From positions 154,128-218,127 of the forward strand of contig JAVBLM010000019.1 of NCBI GenBank assembly GCA_031553535.1: 64,000 nucleotides of DNA, given 5' to 3'. Source of the stretch: Bacteroidales bacterium (GTDB taxonomy: Bacteria; Bacteroidota; Bacteroidia; Bacteroidales; WCHB1-69). Within the stretch, counting starts at the first letter, position 1, and each line of letters opens with the position of its first letter. Shown piece after piece: positions 41,125 to 50,065 of this stretch. The notes beneath the pieces are model-generated. The model was not told where the DNA came from. It saw only the letters and a list, made by a program, of their open reading frames with translations, and made no database searches. Both the position numbers and the translations under genes were made by a program.

Positions 41125-41206
41125 TGGGGGGAGGAGGATTCGAACCTCCGAAGGCTTCGCCAACAGATTTACAGTCTGCCCCATTTGACCGCTCTGGTAT
41201 CCCCCC
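41125..41206 (-). tRNA. tRNA-Tyr (anticodon GTA)
   Basis: 82 nt with a long variable arm. Anticodon arm CAGAC-TGTAAAT-CTG..., acceptor GGGGGGA/TCCCCCC, T loop TTCGAAT. Confidence 0.88.
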
Positions 41207-41233
41207 ATTGAATACAATCATTCAAAGAACGTG

Positions 41234-41307
41234 AGCCACCAGAGGGATTCGAACCCCCGACCCGCTGATTACAAATCAGCCGCTCTGGCCAACTGAGCTA
41301 CGGTGGC
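41234..41307 (-). tRNA. tRNA-Thr (anticodon TGT)
   Basis: The minus strand reads GCCACCG-TA-GCTC-AGTTGGCCA-GAGC-G-GCTGA-TTTGTAA-TCAGC-GGGTC-GGGGG-TTCGAAT-CCCTC-TGGTGGC-T (74 nt). Confidence 0.9.
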
Positions 41308-41343
41308 GTTTCCGCTACAAAATTTTGTGTTTGAAACGGATTG

Positions 41344-41351
41344 CAAATGTA
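41344..41351 (-). promoter_or_regulatory. candidate -7 promoter box (TACATTTG) for the tRNA-tuf operon
   Basis: The minus strand reads TACATTTG, 37 nt upstream of the tRNA-Thr(TGT) 5' end. Confidence 0.45.
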
Positions 41352-41771
41352 CAACATTTTTTTATACAAATTACCTTTTCTTATTTTTTTTTTATCCAAC
41401 TTTATAATCATTTGTTTTTCAATTTATTTTATGATTAAAAGACTCCTCTTTAGATTGAAAACCATCATCTATAAATACAGAAAATACTATTCTCAACATA
41501 TTATCAGAGAAGAAATACCCACCATGTAAACATTGAATTGCTCTTAAAGAAAGTATTTACTATAACCTTGTCTAAAGTGAAGACAAAAGGGATAGGTATT
41601 AATAAGGAATAGGTATTAATTATGTTGAACCGACAGACAAGATCGGTTTGCCATACTTCCATTAACGCTTCGTTATCTATGACGGCATTTTTGTTTCTGC
41701 CTTCTGCTTATTAGAATTAATACCTGTAACTTGTATAACTTCCTCTAACTTGCGTAATGTATAATTACAAA

Positions 41772-42521
41772 TTATAAATTCGTAATTGAATCATTCTCCT
41801 CCCTGTTCTTTCTTGCGGCAACCCATCCCCTGCGTTGAACGATAAGGTATTTGTAATGTTCGATATGGATATTGTGTTCTTTGGCAAACGCAAGATAGGC
41901 AGCTTCTCCCTCCACGATCATCAAAACATCGATACATTTGATAAGAGTCCGGTAAGCGGCATCTATTTCCTTTCGGACGGTTTTCATCCTGAGGCCGGTT
42001 TTTCCCGTTGATTCGAGCGCACGCTCTTTTTTCAATTCCTCGAATTGCCCATTACAGGAATCCAGTTCTCTGATCCAGTCTTCCAGGCCAATCCTTGACG
42101 CATCTGCGGCATATTCCCCATTGAGATCCTGTATCAGGTCATAAATGGCTATCGTTTCCTTGTCATACGGTTTCTCATAAATTTTTCCATAGGTATCGAG
42201 AAGTATCTGCAACCGGTTAGCAGCCTGAGCCACATCCTGATCGAAATGATAGCTATATGCTTCCACTAAGAGGGTTAAACCGCGGGCAAGACGATCCCGT
42301 GCAGCATCCATTTCCGCCAGCAATGGGGTAAATGAACTTTTGAAAATCAACTTGAGGCATTCATCTTCCTTCTCGTAACTGGGAAGATACAACTCCTGCA
42401 ACGGCACATCGATTTTCAAGGCCAGGGCAGTATGCTCCCGAACTAAATTCAAAAATAGGGTTTGGAACTGGAAATGTTCTTCGTTGTGAAGAGGAATCAA
42501 GTCTATGTTTTTGATTTTCAT
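41772..42521 (-). CDS. hypothetical protein (all-helical; possibly a Bacteroidota DUF family)
   Basis: 249-aa ORF with coding-like composition and no repeats. I see no catalytic motif and the family was not identified with confidence. Confidence 0.55.
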   Translation of the reverse strand: MKIKNIDLIPLHNEEHFQFQTLFLNLVREHTALALKIDVPLQELYLPSYEKEDECLKLIFKSSFTPLLAEMDAARDRLARGLTLLVEAYSYHFDQDVAQAANRLQILLDTYGKIYEKPYDKETIAIYDLIQDLNGEYAADASRIGLEDWIRELDSCNGQFEELKKERALESTGKTGLRMKTVRKEIDAAYRTLIKCIDVLMIVEGEAAYLAFAKEHNIHIEHYKYLIVQRRGWVAARKNREENDSITNL

Positions 42522-42617
42522 ACTAAATGTTTTTTATACTATTCATACTAAAAGGAGAAAAGTCAAAGGGGAAAAGGAGAAAAAAATTACCGGCAGGCGT
42601 TCAAACTTCATTATATC

Positions 42618-42850
42618 CATCCTTCCGGCCGCCTGCCAACTTTGAGAAGTTGCCGGGTTCCTGTTTGAGATTGAAAACAACCTTCCAGGAGTTCCTGGAT
42701 TCCTGTCTGGGTTTTCCAACAGGCTTTTCCGCACGTGGTATTCCCTGTTTGGACTTTCAAACAGGTTCCCAGGAGTTGCTGGATCCCTATTTGGAATTGA
42801 AAACGACCTTCCGGAAGCTCCTGGATCCTCGCCCGGAATTGAAAACCGGT
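42618..42850. repeat. tandem array C: 42-bp unit x ~5.5 (inverted relative of array D)
   Basis: Anchors at 42660/42702/42744/42786/42828 are all 42 apart. Units contain the palindrome CCAGGA-GT-TCCTGG and a TGTTT..AAACA hairpin. The reverse complement of unit 42660-42701 matches array D unit 54696-54737 at 31/42 positions by hand alignment. Confidence 0.85.
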
Positions 42851-42979
42851 TTTTAAGGCGTTTGAAGCCTTTCAGGAGGATTGGCAAAACACATTCCGGC
42901 CTTCTGGAGCGGTTGCCGGTAAATCCGACATGCCTTTCATGGCCGAAAACACGTTTGCCGGAGGCGGACAATAAGCGGT

Positions 42980-43022
42980 TGTAAAAGAAAAACCTCTTTC
43001 CATAAAAAAGAAAGAGGTTTTC
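42980..43022 (-). terminator. strong hairpin terminator (minus-strand orientation)
   Basis: 12-bp stem AAAACCTCTTTC / GAAAGAGGTTTT with a 9-nt loop. On the minus strand it is followed by TTTTCTTTTAC. Confidence 0.6.
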
Positions 43023-43261
43023 CTGTAATAATTGTAATATCTTCATGATCCGGTTCCGGCAGTAACCGGCCACTATCCGCCGGGAATGGCATTTTGTCCG
43101 GCTATATACAAGTAAAAAATCCCTGTAAGGAAAGAAATGAAGACCTTCCCCCATCCTTTTCTCAAAATTTAGAAGATGATGTTGCCTGTTTGCCGGTGTC
43201 ATATAGGGTTCCATTTAAAATCTTTTCAAGATATATTAAATCACATGCATGATTTTGCCTG

Positions 43262-43269
43262 CAAATATA
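43262..43269 (-). promoter_or_regulatory. candidate -7 promoter box (TATATTTG) driving an unannotated ~270-nt transcript/leader
   Basis: The minus strand reads TATATTTG. The hairpin terminator at 42980-43022 lies about 240-275 nt downstream. Confidence 0.4.
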
Positions 43270-43900
43270 CAACTATTTTATTAGCTATATCATTTTTTTA
43301 AAATATTATTATTATTGTAAATACATGTTTCGCTATTTTGATCTATTGGGGAATGCGGCAAAGCAAAACACCTGTAAAAACAGTTGAAAAGAGATTGAAA
43401 TGATTTGCTATCTTCTTATTGTTTTTTTATTGTTGCCCAGCTTTGTTTTTAGCCTTGTGCAAGAGAACATTCATCTTTTTTCTGAACAGTTATTCTCTAT
43501 AGTAAAACAAGCTAATTATAGTTCATTTAATTTGTTTATCCTCTATGTACATGCGATCTATAATATTGAAAAAGATCCGGGAAGATAAGAAAAAAATGCC
43601 ATAACGCCACACAAAGAGAAAGAATTGTTTGTCTTTATTATAGAACTTGTCAAAAGCTGATGATGAAGTTTTTGAATAACGTTATAGCCATCAATTGACA
43701 GAAAACGTTTTTTGAGATTATTTCATGAAACAAAAATTCTTTAATGTAGTTATGAATGAATCAAATTCTTACAATCAAAAAACATCGACAGATTTAAACA
43801 ACTTCATAATCGAAAAAACTTATAAAGAGATATTCCGAGATATTGTTTTACTATTTTTATTATCTCTCATTTCTTTATTCAAACAAGAACACAAAAGTTG

Positions 43901-43908
43901 TAATTTTG
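43901..43908 (+). promoter_or_regulatory. candidate -7 promoter box (TAATTTTG)
   Basis: Matches TAnnTTTG, 55 nt upstream of ATG 43963. Confidence 0.4.
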
Positions 43909-43962
43909 CAGCTTCACCATTATCTGTTGTATCTTGTATTATTTATCAAAGACTATTTATTT

Positions 43963-44985
43963 ATGAATATCTCCGGTCAATTGCATGATTTTTTTGCTTA
44001 TGTGTTTCGTAGGACCGGAAAAGCATGCTGGATCCTGTTTAAACTCATGATACCCGTCTCTATTATTATTCGCATTATCCAACAGACAGGATTGCTGACA
44101 TATATCAGTGATGTATTACACCCAATCATGCGTATTGTCGGTCTTCCTGCCGAAACGGCAATAGTCTGGCTAACGGCAATGGTTGTAAATATTTACGGGG
44201 GATTACTTTCTTTATTTTCGATATATCCTTCTTTAAGCGAACCCATGACTGTTGCCCAAATGACAGTGCTATTGACTATGATATTAATTGCACATACTTT
44301 TCCCATCGAACTGGGCATTTCTCAAAAAACAGGTATTCGTATTATTATTATGTTTATGATTCGTTTCGGACTGGGAATAGTGCTGGGTATCTTACTCTCC
44401 CGCATCTATTTATTCTTTAATCTCCTGCAGGAACCCGCACACATAACCCCTATTTTCACTACGAGTGGAACATCATGGCCGGCATGGGCGTTGAACGAAT
44501 TAAAAAATTACGGGATTATTATTGTTATCATCTTCTTATTAGTCGCATTTATTCATTTACTGGATGTAACAGGAATATTGAAAATTGTTAATAAAACGAT
44601 GGAGCCTGTTTTGAAATGGCTGGGTATCAGTAGCGCGATGTTACCCCTCACTGTAGTTGGCCTGACACTGGGAATCGCTTATGGAGGCGGACTGCTGGTT
44701 GAAGAAGGAAGGCAGAAAGGACTTAAAGCCAAAGAAATTTTTTATTCCATGACATTGATGGGACTATTCCACAGCATATTTGAAGATACATTGTTGATGC
44801 TTTCCATGGGCGGCCATTGGTCAGGAGTGATTGTATTCAGGGCAATTTTTGCTTTTGCATGTACCTATCTAATTGTTCGTTGTACCCGGAATATTGACGA
44901 GAGACGATTTCTGAGAATATGTATGACAAAATCATACACAAAACAATACCTTAAAACCGAAACCTTCAAATCTACATCCGGATGA
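43963..44985 (+). CDS. nucleoside-recognition (Gate) domain membrane protein
   Basis: 340 aa from ATG 43963 (MNISGQLHDFFAYVFRRTGKACWILFKLMIPVSIIIRIIQQTG). It is polytopic with two Gate-like halves. The track's longer start at 43843 is an AT-rich extension. Confidence 0.65.
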   Translation: MNISGQLHDFFAYVFRRTGKACWILFKLMIPVSIIIRIIQQTGLLTYISDVLHPIMRIVGLPAETAIVWLTAMVVNIYGGLLSLFSIYPSLSEPMTVAQMTVLLTMILIAHTFPIELGISQKTGIRIIIMFMIRFGLGIVLGILLSRIYLFFNLLQEPAHITPIFTTSGTSWPAWALNELKNYGIIIVIIFLLVAFIHLLDVTGILKIVNKTMEPVLKWLGISSAMLPLTVVGLTLGIAYGGGLLVEEGRQKGLKAKEIFYSMTLMGLFHSIFEDTLLMLSMGGHWSGVIVFRAIFAFACTYLIVRCTRNIDERRFLRICMTKSYTKQYLKTETFKSTSG

Positions 44986-45731
44986 AAGCCATGATTTTTG
45001 CAGCCGGTCTGGGCACACGTCTTAAACATTTAACTGAACATACTCCTAAAGCATTAATAAAAGTTGGGGGAATAACACTTCTGGAACGAGTTATTAATAA
45101 ATTAAAAGATGCCGGTGTTGAGGAGATTATCATCAACACACACCATTTCTCCGAACAGATTATCGATTTTATCAAGGAATATGATTTTGGAATAGAAATT
45201 TGTTTTTCCATTGAGAACGAAAAACTACTGGATACCGGAGGAGGATTGAAAAAGGCATCCTGGTTTTTCAATGACAATAAACCCTTTATTATTCATAACG
45301 TAGATGTTATCAGTGATATCAATATACAGGAGATGTATGAATTTCATTGCCGGGAGAATGTAATAGCGACCCTTGCCGTTCGAAACCGGATCACACAACG
45401 TTATTTCTTATTCGATGAAAAGAATTATTTATGCGGCAGAGAGAATATAAAGACGAATGAATGTATCATGGTAGCCAATATTCCACCCAACACAAAAATA
45501 CATCGTTTGGCCTTTAGTGGAATACATGTCGTCTCTCCTCAAATTTTCGAGTTAATGCCGGAGGAAGATATTTTTTCCATCGTAGATATATACCTGAAAG
45601 CTCATGCTAGGATATTGGGCTACCCGCATGATTACGGCATGTGGATGGATATGGGAAAGATTGAAGATATTGACGCTTACCGGGAAATAATAGAAAATGA
45701 AGAACGCAATAAACAAAATATTTCATCATGA
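44982..45731 (+). CDS. sugar-1-phosphate nucleotidylyltransferase (MurU/mannose-1-P guanylyltransferase-like)
   Basis: 249 aa with MIFAAGLGTRLKHLTEHTPKALIKVGG (NTP_transferase signature). An ATGA overlap links it to both neighbours. Confidence 0.75.
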   Translation: MKAMIFAAGLGTRLKHLTEHTPKALIKVGGITLLERVINKLKDAGVEEIIINTHHFSEQIIDFIKEYDFGIEICFSIENEKLLDTGGGLKKASWFFNDNKPFIIHNVDVISDINIQEMYEFHCRENVIATLAVRNRITQRYFLFDEKNYLCGRENIKTNECIMVANIPPNTKIHRLAFSGIHVVSPQIFELMPEEDIFSIVDIYLKAHARILGYPHDYGMWMDMGKIEDIDAYREIIENEERNKQNISS

Positions 45732-46150
45732 ACAATCAATTATTAAGGGACAAAGAAATATATCCTGACAATAAAATTTTAGAATTAACACTTGGAGATA
45801 TCTACCCTGTTTATAATAATTTTACAAATATCATAACAGATGATAAATATAATTTAGAGCTTCAGTGGAATTATTATAATGATGGAAAAGCCTGGCTGTG
45901 CAAAGTGGTCTATAAAAAAAAGACGGTCTTTTGGTTATCTATATGGGCAGGGTATTTTAAAACCAGTTTCTTTTTTACACAAAAGAATGACAGTGGTATA
46001 AAAGACTTAAACATTGATGAATCTATAAAAGAATCTTATTATTCGAACAAGGCAATAGGAAAATTAAAACCCTTGATATTAGACATAAATACATCCGGTC
46101 AATTACATGATGTATTGGAGATTATCAATTATAAAAAGAACTTAAAGTAA
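45728..46150 (+). CDS. DUF3788-like small protein
   Basis: 140 aa, WNYYNDGKAWLCKVVYKKKTVFWLSIWAGYFKTSFFF. The family call is from memory only. Confidence 0.5.
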   Translation: MNNQLLRDKEIYPDNKILELTLGDIYPVYNNFTNIITDDKYNLELQWNYYNDGKAWLCKVVYKKKTVFWLSIWAGYFKTSFFFTQKNDSGIKDLNIDESIKESYYSNKAIGKLKPLILDINTSGQLHDVLEIINYKKNLK

Positions 46151-46235
46151 TGATGATTATAAGTTTGCAAGTTGACAAGTTTATCTTTCTCTATTCCCTA
46201 ATTGACGAATCAGCTAATTGGCTTAATAACTTACT

Positions 46236-46643
46236 TTAATCATCATCATTTAAGGAAAGAAAATCCTTCAGGTATTCTATCTGCCTTCTATCCCGTTTGG
46301 TAGGTCTGCCAAGACCATGATCTCGTTTTTCGGTTTGTTGGGCTATCAACTTTACCCGTTCGTACTCTTCTTCGGAAGTAAGATCCAAATAATATTCGGG
46401 AACAGATTTTGCAGGAATCCGGTTTTTAGGATAGTCGATTACTTTAATTGTTTTCTGCAATTGCCCTATACGAACTTGTATTTCATCGTCGATTTTTATT
46501 TCCCGGGAGGGTTTACAATTGACATTATTAATTTTAACTTTCCCTGCAATGCAAGCATCATTGGCTATGGTTCTGGTTTTAAATAAACGTACCATCCACA
46601 ACCATTTGTCTATCCTGACTTTTGTATTATCTTGTGAAGGCAT
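46236..46643 (-). CDS. RNA-binding S4 domain protein (Hsp15/HslR-like)
   Basis: 135 aa with VRIDKWLWMVRLFKTRTIANDACIAGKVKIN (S4 domain). Confidence 0.8.
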   Translation of the reverse strand: MPSQDNTKVRIDKWLWMVRLFKTRTIANDACIAGKVKINNVNCKPSREIKIDDEIQVRIGQLQKTIKVIDYPKNRIPAKSVPEYYLDLTSEEEYERVKLIAQQTEKRDHGLGRPTKRDRRQIEYLKDFLSLNDDD

Positions 46644-47271
46644 ACTGAATTATGTTAGCACCCATTTGAAGCGCTTTGGCACGTATCTCTTCACTATCCA
46701 GATGTACCGCATAATCTTCCCAGCCATCGCCCAAATCACTTTCGTAGGAATAGAAACAAACCAACCTGCCCTCATAAATCAATCCAAATCCCTGAGGGGA
46801 TTTATTATCATGTTCATGAATTTTAGGCAATCCGTTTGGAAAATTATATTTCTGATTATAGATAGGATGATTCTTTGGCAATTCTACAAAATCCAGCTCC
46901 GGAAACACTCTTTTCATTTGGGAACGAATAAATTTATCCAATCCATAATTGTCATCAATGTGTAAGAAGCCCCCTGATATAAGATATGTACGCAGGTTTC
47001 GGCATTCTTCATCAGAAAAGACCACATTCCCGTGCCCTGTAAGATGAATAAGTGGATAATTGAAAATATCTTTGCTTCCAACTTCTACTGTTGCCGGTTC
47101 AGATAATGTCATTCCCAAATTCTTATTACAGAATTTCACCAAATTAGGTAAAGACGTTGGATTGGCATACCAGTCTCCCCCACCGCGATATTTCACTAAT
47201 GCAATTTGTTGTCCATAGCCTATAGCTACGCTAAAGAATAACAATAAAAAACAAACAGTTTTCAGGCGCAT
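46627..47271 (-). CDS. DUF4159 domain-containing protein
   Basis: 214 aa with a signal peptide and YRGGGDWYANPTSLPNL. It overlaps the S4 gene by 17 nt and abuts the RNase G gene. Confidence 0.7.
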   Translation of the reverse strand: MRLKTVCFLLLFFSVAIGYGQQIALVKYRGGGDWYANPTSLPNLVKFCNKNLGMTLSEPATVEVGSKDIFNYPLIHLTGHGNVVFSDEECRNLRTYLISGGFLHIDDNYGLDKFIRSQMKRVFPELDFVELPKNHPIYNQKYNFPNGLPKIHEHDNKSPQGFGLIYEGRLVCFYSYESDLGDGWEDYAVHLDSEEIRAKALQMGANIIQYAFTR

Positions 47272-48839
47272 TAATTGGTATTTTTTTCGTTAGGAGTCCA
47301 AAAGTTTATTTCCCCTAGCTTTTTACTATAAAACCGATACTCTAATAGTTGGAACGAATTCCTGGCTTGCAATTTGATCCAGCATTTGTATTTAATCATC
47401 CACTTTATACGATAAAAATGTTTGATTAGATATGAATATAAGAATGGATGTAATGCAAGTGTAAGATTTTTCTCTTTTTGGGTCTTTACCAATAACTGCA
47501 AACTATTGCTGATATCATCGATAATTAAGATAGGAGGACGAACCATCCCCGTACCATTGCAGGAAGGACACATTTCCCTGACATCAATACTTACTTCCGG
47601 ACGAACTCTTTGCCGGGTGATCTGCACCAAGCCGAATTTATTCGGGGGTAGAATTGTATGCCTCGCTTTGTCTTTTTGCATTTCCGTAGCAATGCGATTA
47701 TATAACTCCCTGCGATGTGCGGCTTCATGCATATCAATAAAGTCGATGACAATAATTCCTCCCATATCTCTCAATCGCAATTGACGGGCAATCTCACCGG
47801 CAGCACGCATATTCACTTCCAATGCATTGGTCTCTTGCGTTTTGTCGGAATTAACACGATGTCCGCTATTAACATCTATTACATGCAATGCCTCTGTATG
47901 CTCAATAACGATATATACACCTCCTTTGATAGAAACACTTTTTCCAAAAGAGCCTTTTATTTGTTTATCAATTTCATAATGCTCGAAAAGAGGAGTTTTT
48001 CCTTTATATAGTTTTACAATATCAACCTTGTCCGGAGCTATTTGCTGAAGATAAGACCGCATTTCCGGATAGTAAGAGTTATTCACATAGATGGCATCGA
48101 AAGTATCATTGAGAATATCCCGAAGCAAAGCAGATACTTTATCCAATTCGCTAATTACTTTCTTAGGAAATTTATTACCACTTATATTGGCAACTATTTC
48201 TTTCCATTTATCAAGCAATGCCCTCATGTCGGCATGCAAAACATCAATACTCTGATCTTTAGCCACAGTACGTATAATGATGCCCATATTCTTGGGTTTA
48301 ATACTCAACATTGCTTTACGTAAGCGGATTCTTTCATCTGAGTTAGTGATTTTCTGTGAAACCATCACTTTATCTGTAAAAGGCACCAAGACAACATATC
48401 GTCCGGCAAGGGCAATTTCTCCAGTCAGGCGCGGCCCTTTAGTGGATATTGCTTCTTTTGCTATCTGGACTAATATTAATTGATTAATAGAAAGTACATC
48501 CTTTATTTTTCCATTTTTAGGAATAGGATCATCCAACTTCACATCCGATAGAGACGGACTTTTTATATTTCCTGATAAACAATCTTTCACATATTTATTA
48601 AAGGCAAGAATATTGCTTCCTAAATCCAAATAATGCAGAAAGGCATCTTTTTCATGACCAATATCTATAAAAGCAGCATTTAATCCCGGAATGATTTTTT
48701 TTACACGACCAATAAAAATATCCCCTACATGGAAATTATCAGAGGTTTTCTCACCATGTAACTCTACCAAAACTCTATCTTCCAGTAGTGCTATCTTTAC
48801 TTCATTTTCATGTGTATCTATGTATAATTCTTTTCGCAC
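47271..48839 (-). CDS. rng: ribonuclease E/G family (RNase G-like)
   Basis: 522 aa with an S1 domain (GDIFIGRVKKIIPGLNAAFIDIG), the catalytic region HVIDVNSG, and IIVIDFIDM. Confidence 0.88.
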   Translation of the reverse strand: MRKELYIDTHENEVKIALLEDRVLVELHGEKTSDNFHVGDIFIGRVKKIIPGLNAAFIDIGHEKDAFLHYLDLGSNILAFNKYVKDCLSGNIKSPSLSDVKLDDPIPKNGKIKDVLSINQLILVQIAKEAISTKGPRLTGEIALAGRYVVLVPFTDKVMVSQKITNSDERIRLRKAMLSIKPKNMGIIIRTVAKDQSIDVLHADMRALLDKWKEIVANISGNKFPKKVISELDKVSALLRDILNDTFDAIYVNNSYYPEMRSYLQQIAPDKVDIVKLYKGKTPLFEHYEIDKQIKGSFGKSVSIKGGVYIVIEHTEALHVIDVNSGHRVNSDKTQETNALEVNMRAAGEIARQLRLRDMGGIIVIDFIDMHEAAHRRELYNRIATEMQKDKARHTILPPNKFGLVQITRQRVRPEVSIDVREMCPSCNGTGMVRPPILIIDDISNSLQLLVKTQKEKNLTLALHPFLYSYLIKHFYRIKWMIKYKCWIKLQARNSFQLLEYRFYSKKLGEINFWTPNEKNTN

Positions 48840-48875
48840 AAGCTTTCTTTAATTATTCTTTACAAAATAATATAT

Positions 48876-48924
48876 ACACAAAAAACTAAATCACATATTA
48901 TTTACAATATGCGATTTAGTTTTT
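48876..48924 (-). terminator. long hairpin terminator downstream of HU/bS22-like genes
   Basis: The arms AAAACTAAATCACATATT / AATATGCGATTTAGTTTT give an ~18-bp stem with one G-U pair, flanked by A and T runs on both sides. Confidence 0.6.
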
Positions 48925-48946
48925 ATAATTGTAATTTCACAAAAGG

Positions 48947-49036
48947 TTATTTCTTTTTATGCCTATTTTTACGCAAGCGTTTTTTCCTTTTGTGAGTTGC
49001 CATCTTATGTCTTTTCCTTTTTTTTCCACTTGGCAT
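48947..49036 (-). CDS. bS22-like / AURKAIP1-COX24-type highly basic ribosomal micro-protein (29 aa)
   Basis: Below the ORF-track size cut-off. Manual translation gives MPSGKKRKRHKMATHKRKKRLRKNRHKKK*. The composition and the KRKxRxHK...RKKRxRxxRHKKK pattern resemble the small basic 30S protein described in Flavobacterium and mycobacterial ribosomes. Confidence 0.6.
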   Translation of the reverse strand: MPSGKKRKRHKMATHKRKKRLRKNRHKKK

Positions 49037-49051
49037 AATCTTATACTTTTA

Positions 49052-49336
49052 CTATTTTACTTTTGTTTTAATCGTAGTTGAAAAAGATTTTGCAGGTTTA
49101 AATGCTGGGATTTTATGAGCCGGAATAACGATAGTCGTATTTTTTGAAATATTTCTACCTGTTTTTTTAGCTCTTTCTTTAATAATGAAACTACCAAAAC
49201 CCCTTAAATATACATTTTCCTTTTTTAATAAAGAATTCTTTACAGTTGTCATGAATGTTTCAACTACAACTTGAACTGCTGCTTTGTCAACTCCTGTTTT
49301 GTTGGCTATTTCTGCCACTAAATCTGCTTTTGTCAT
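49052..49336 (-). CDS. hup: HU family DNA-binding protein
   Basis: 94 aa with MTKADLVAEIANKTG...LRGFGSFIIKERAKKTGRNISKNTTIVIPAHKIPAFKPAK. Confidence 0.92.
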   Translation of the reverse strand: MTKADLVAEIANKTGVDKAAVQVVVETFMTTVKNSLLKKENVYLRGFGSFIIKERAKKTGRNISKNTTIVIPAHKIPAFKPAKSFSTTIKTKVK

Positions 49337-49415
49337 ATCTCAATTACTTTTTTTGATAAATAATTAATAAATTCATTTTGATAACTTCCTAAACATTAGG
49401 TATCATTTAAAGATG

Positions 49416-49423
49416 CAAATGTA
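49416..49423 (-). promoter_or_regulatory. candidate -7 promoter box (TACATTTG) for hup
   Basis: The minus strand reads TACATTTG, about 80 nt upstream of ATG 49336. Confidence 0.4.
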
Positions 49424-50065
49424 CAACTATTTTGAATATCAAATATATAAAAAAACAAAAAAAACAAATACATAACTTCTATCTGTTTGATATTCAGAAA
49501 TAAAAAATAAGAAACAACATTTCTAAGCCTCTTTTCTGTAAATTATTATTTATTTAGTATTCAGGAATATATAAAACAACGAAAATGTTATAATTTTTAA
49601 TACTTAGTTTATCATTATCCGTACAGTTAGAAGGTTTTATTTTTTTTCCTCTTAAGAAATTATTTGAAAGCATGTAATTTAGAACAGGTTTTATCTTCTC
49701 GATTTATCAAGAAAGATATTAATCATCAAAAGAAGATGCTAATATACTCTTTATGCACATAGAAATCGATTGATAATTAATTGTTTTTTTTTATTAAAGT
49801 GGTAGAAATAGAAAAATAAATTGTTTTTTTGTCAAAAATATAGAAATATTATTATACTTTTGCTGATTAATAATCTGTTATTAAATGGATGTAAATGAAA
49901 CGACTATTTTTATTCTGTGAATTATACCACATCAGCTTATTTTAAGTTCAGTGATTACATTCACTTAAAGAATAAAATTAATTGATTTTCATTTTATTAT
50001 TATATAATTTAAATAAAGAATTAACTATTGCAAATTTTTGAAAAGAGTGAAGGAAATTAAGATTT

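Noticed and set aside
42527-43214. ORFs 42527-42856(+) and 42543-43214(-)
   Set aside because: Both run through array C, and the minus one also runs through a strong terminator hairpin. Their sequences are repeat-derived or low-complexity with no recognisable domain.
41770-43220. Apparent GC-richer patch next to the tRNA cluster as a tRNA-targeted genomic island
   Set aside because: There is no integrase, no direct repeat of the tRNA 3' end, and other housekeeping genes (ftsY, ispH, pyrF) look similarly GC-richer by eye. I cannot compute composition reliably here, so the idea is not supportable.
41341-43988. Small AT-rich ORFs 41341-41529(+), 43400-43588(+) and 43725-43988(+)
   Set aside because: They have low-complexity Ile/Phe/Leu/Lys-rich translations typical of AT-rich intergenic DNA. 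The last one overlaps the promoter and start region of the Gate-domain gene.
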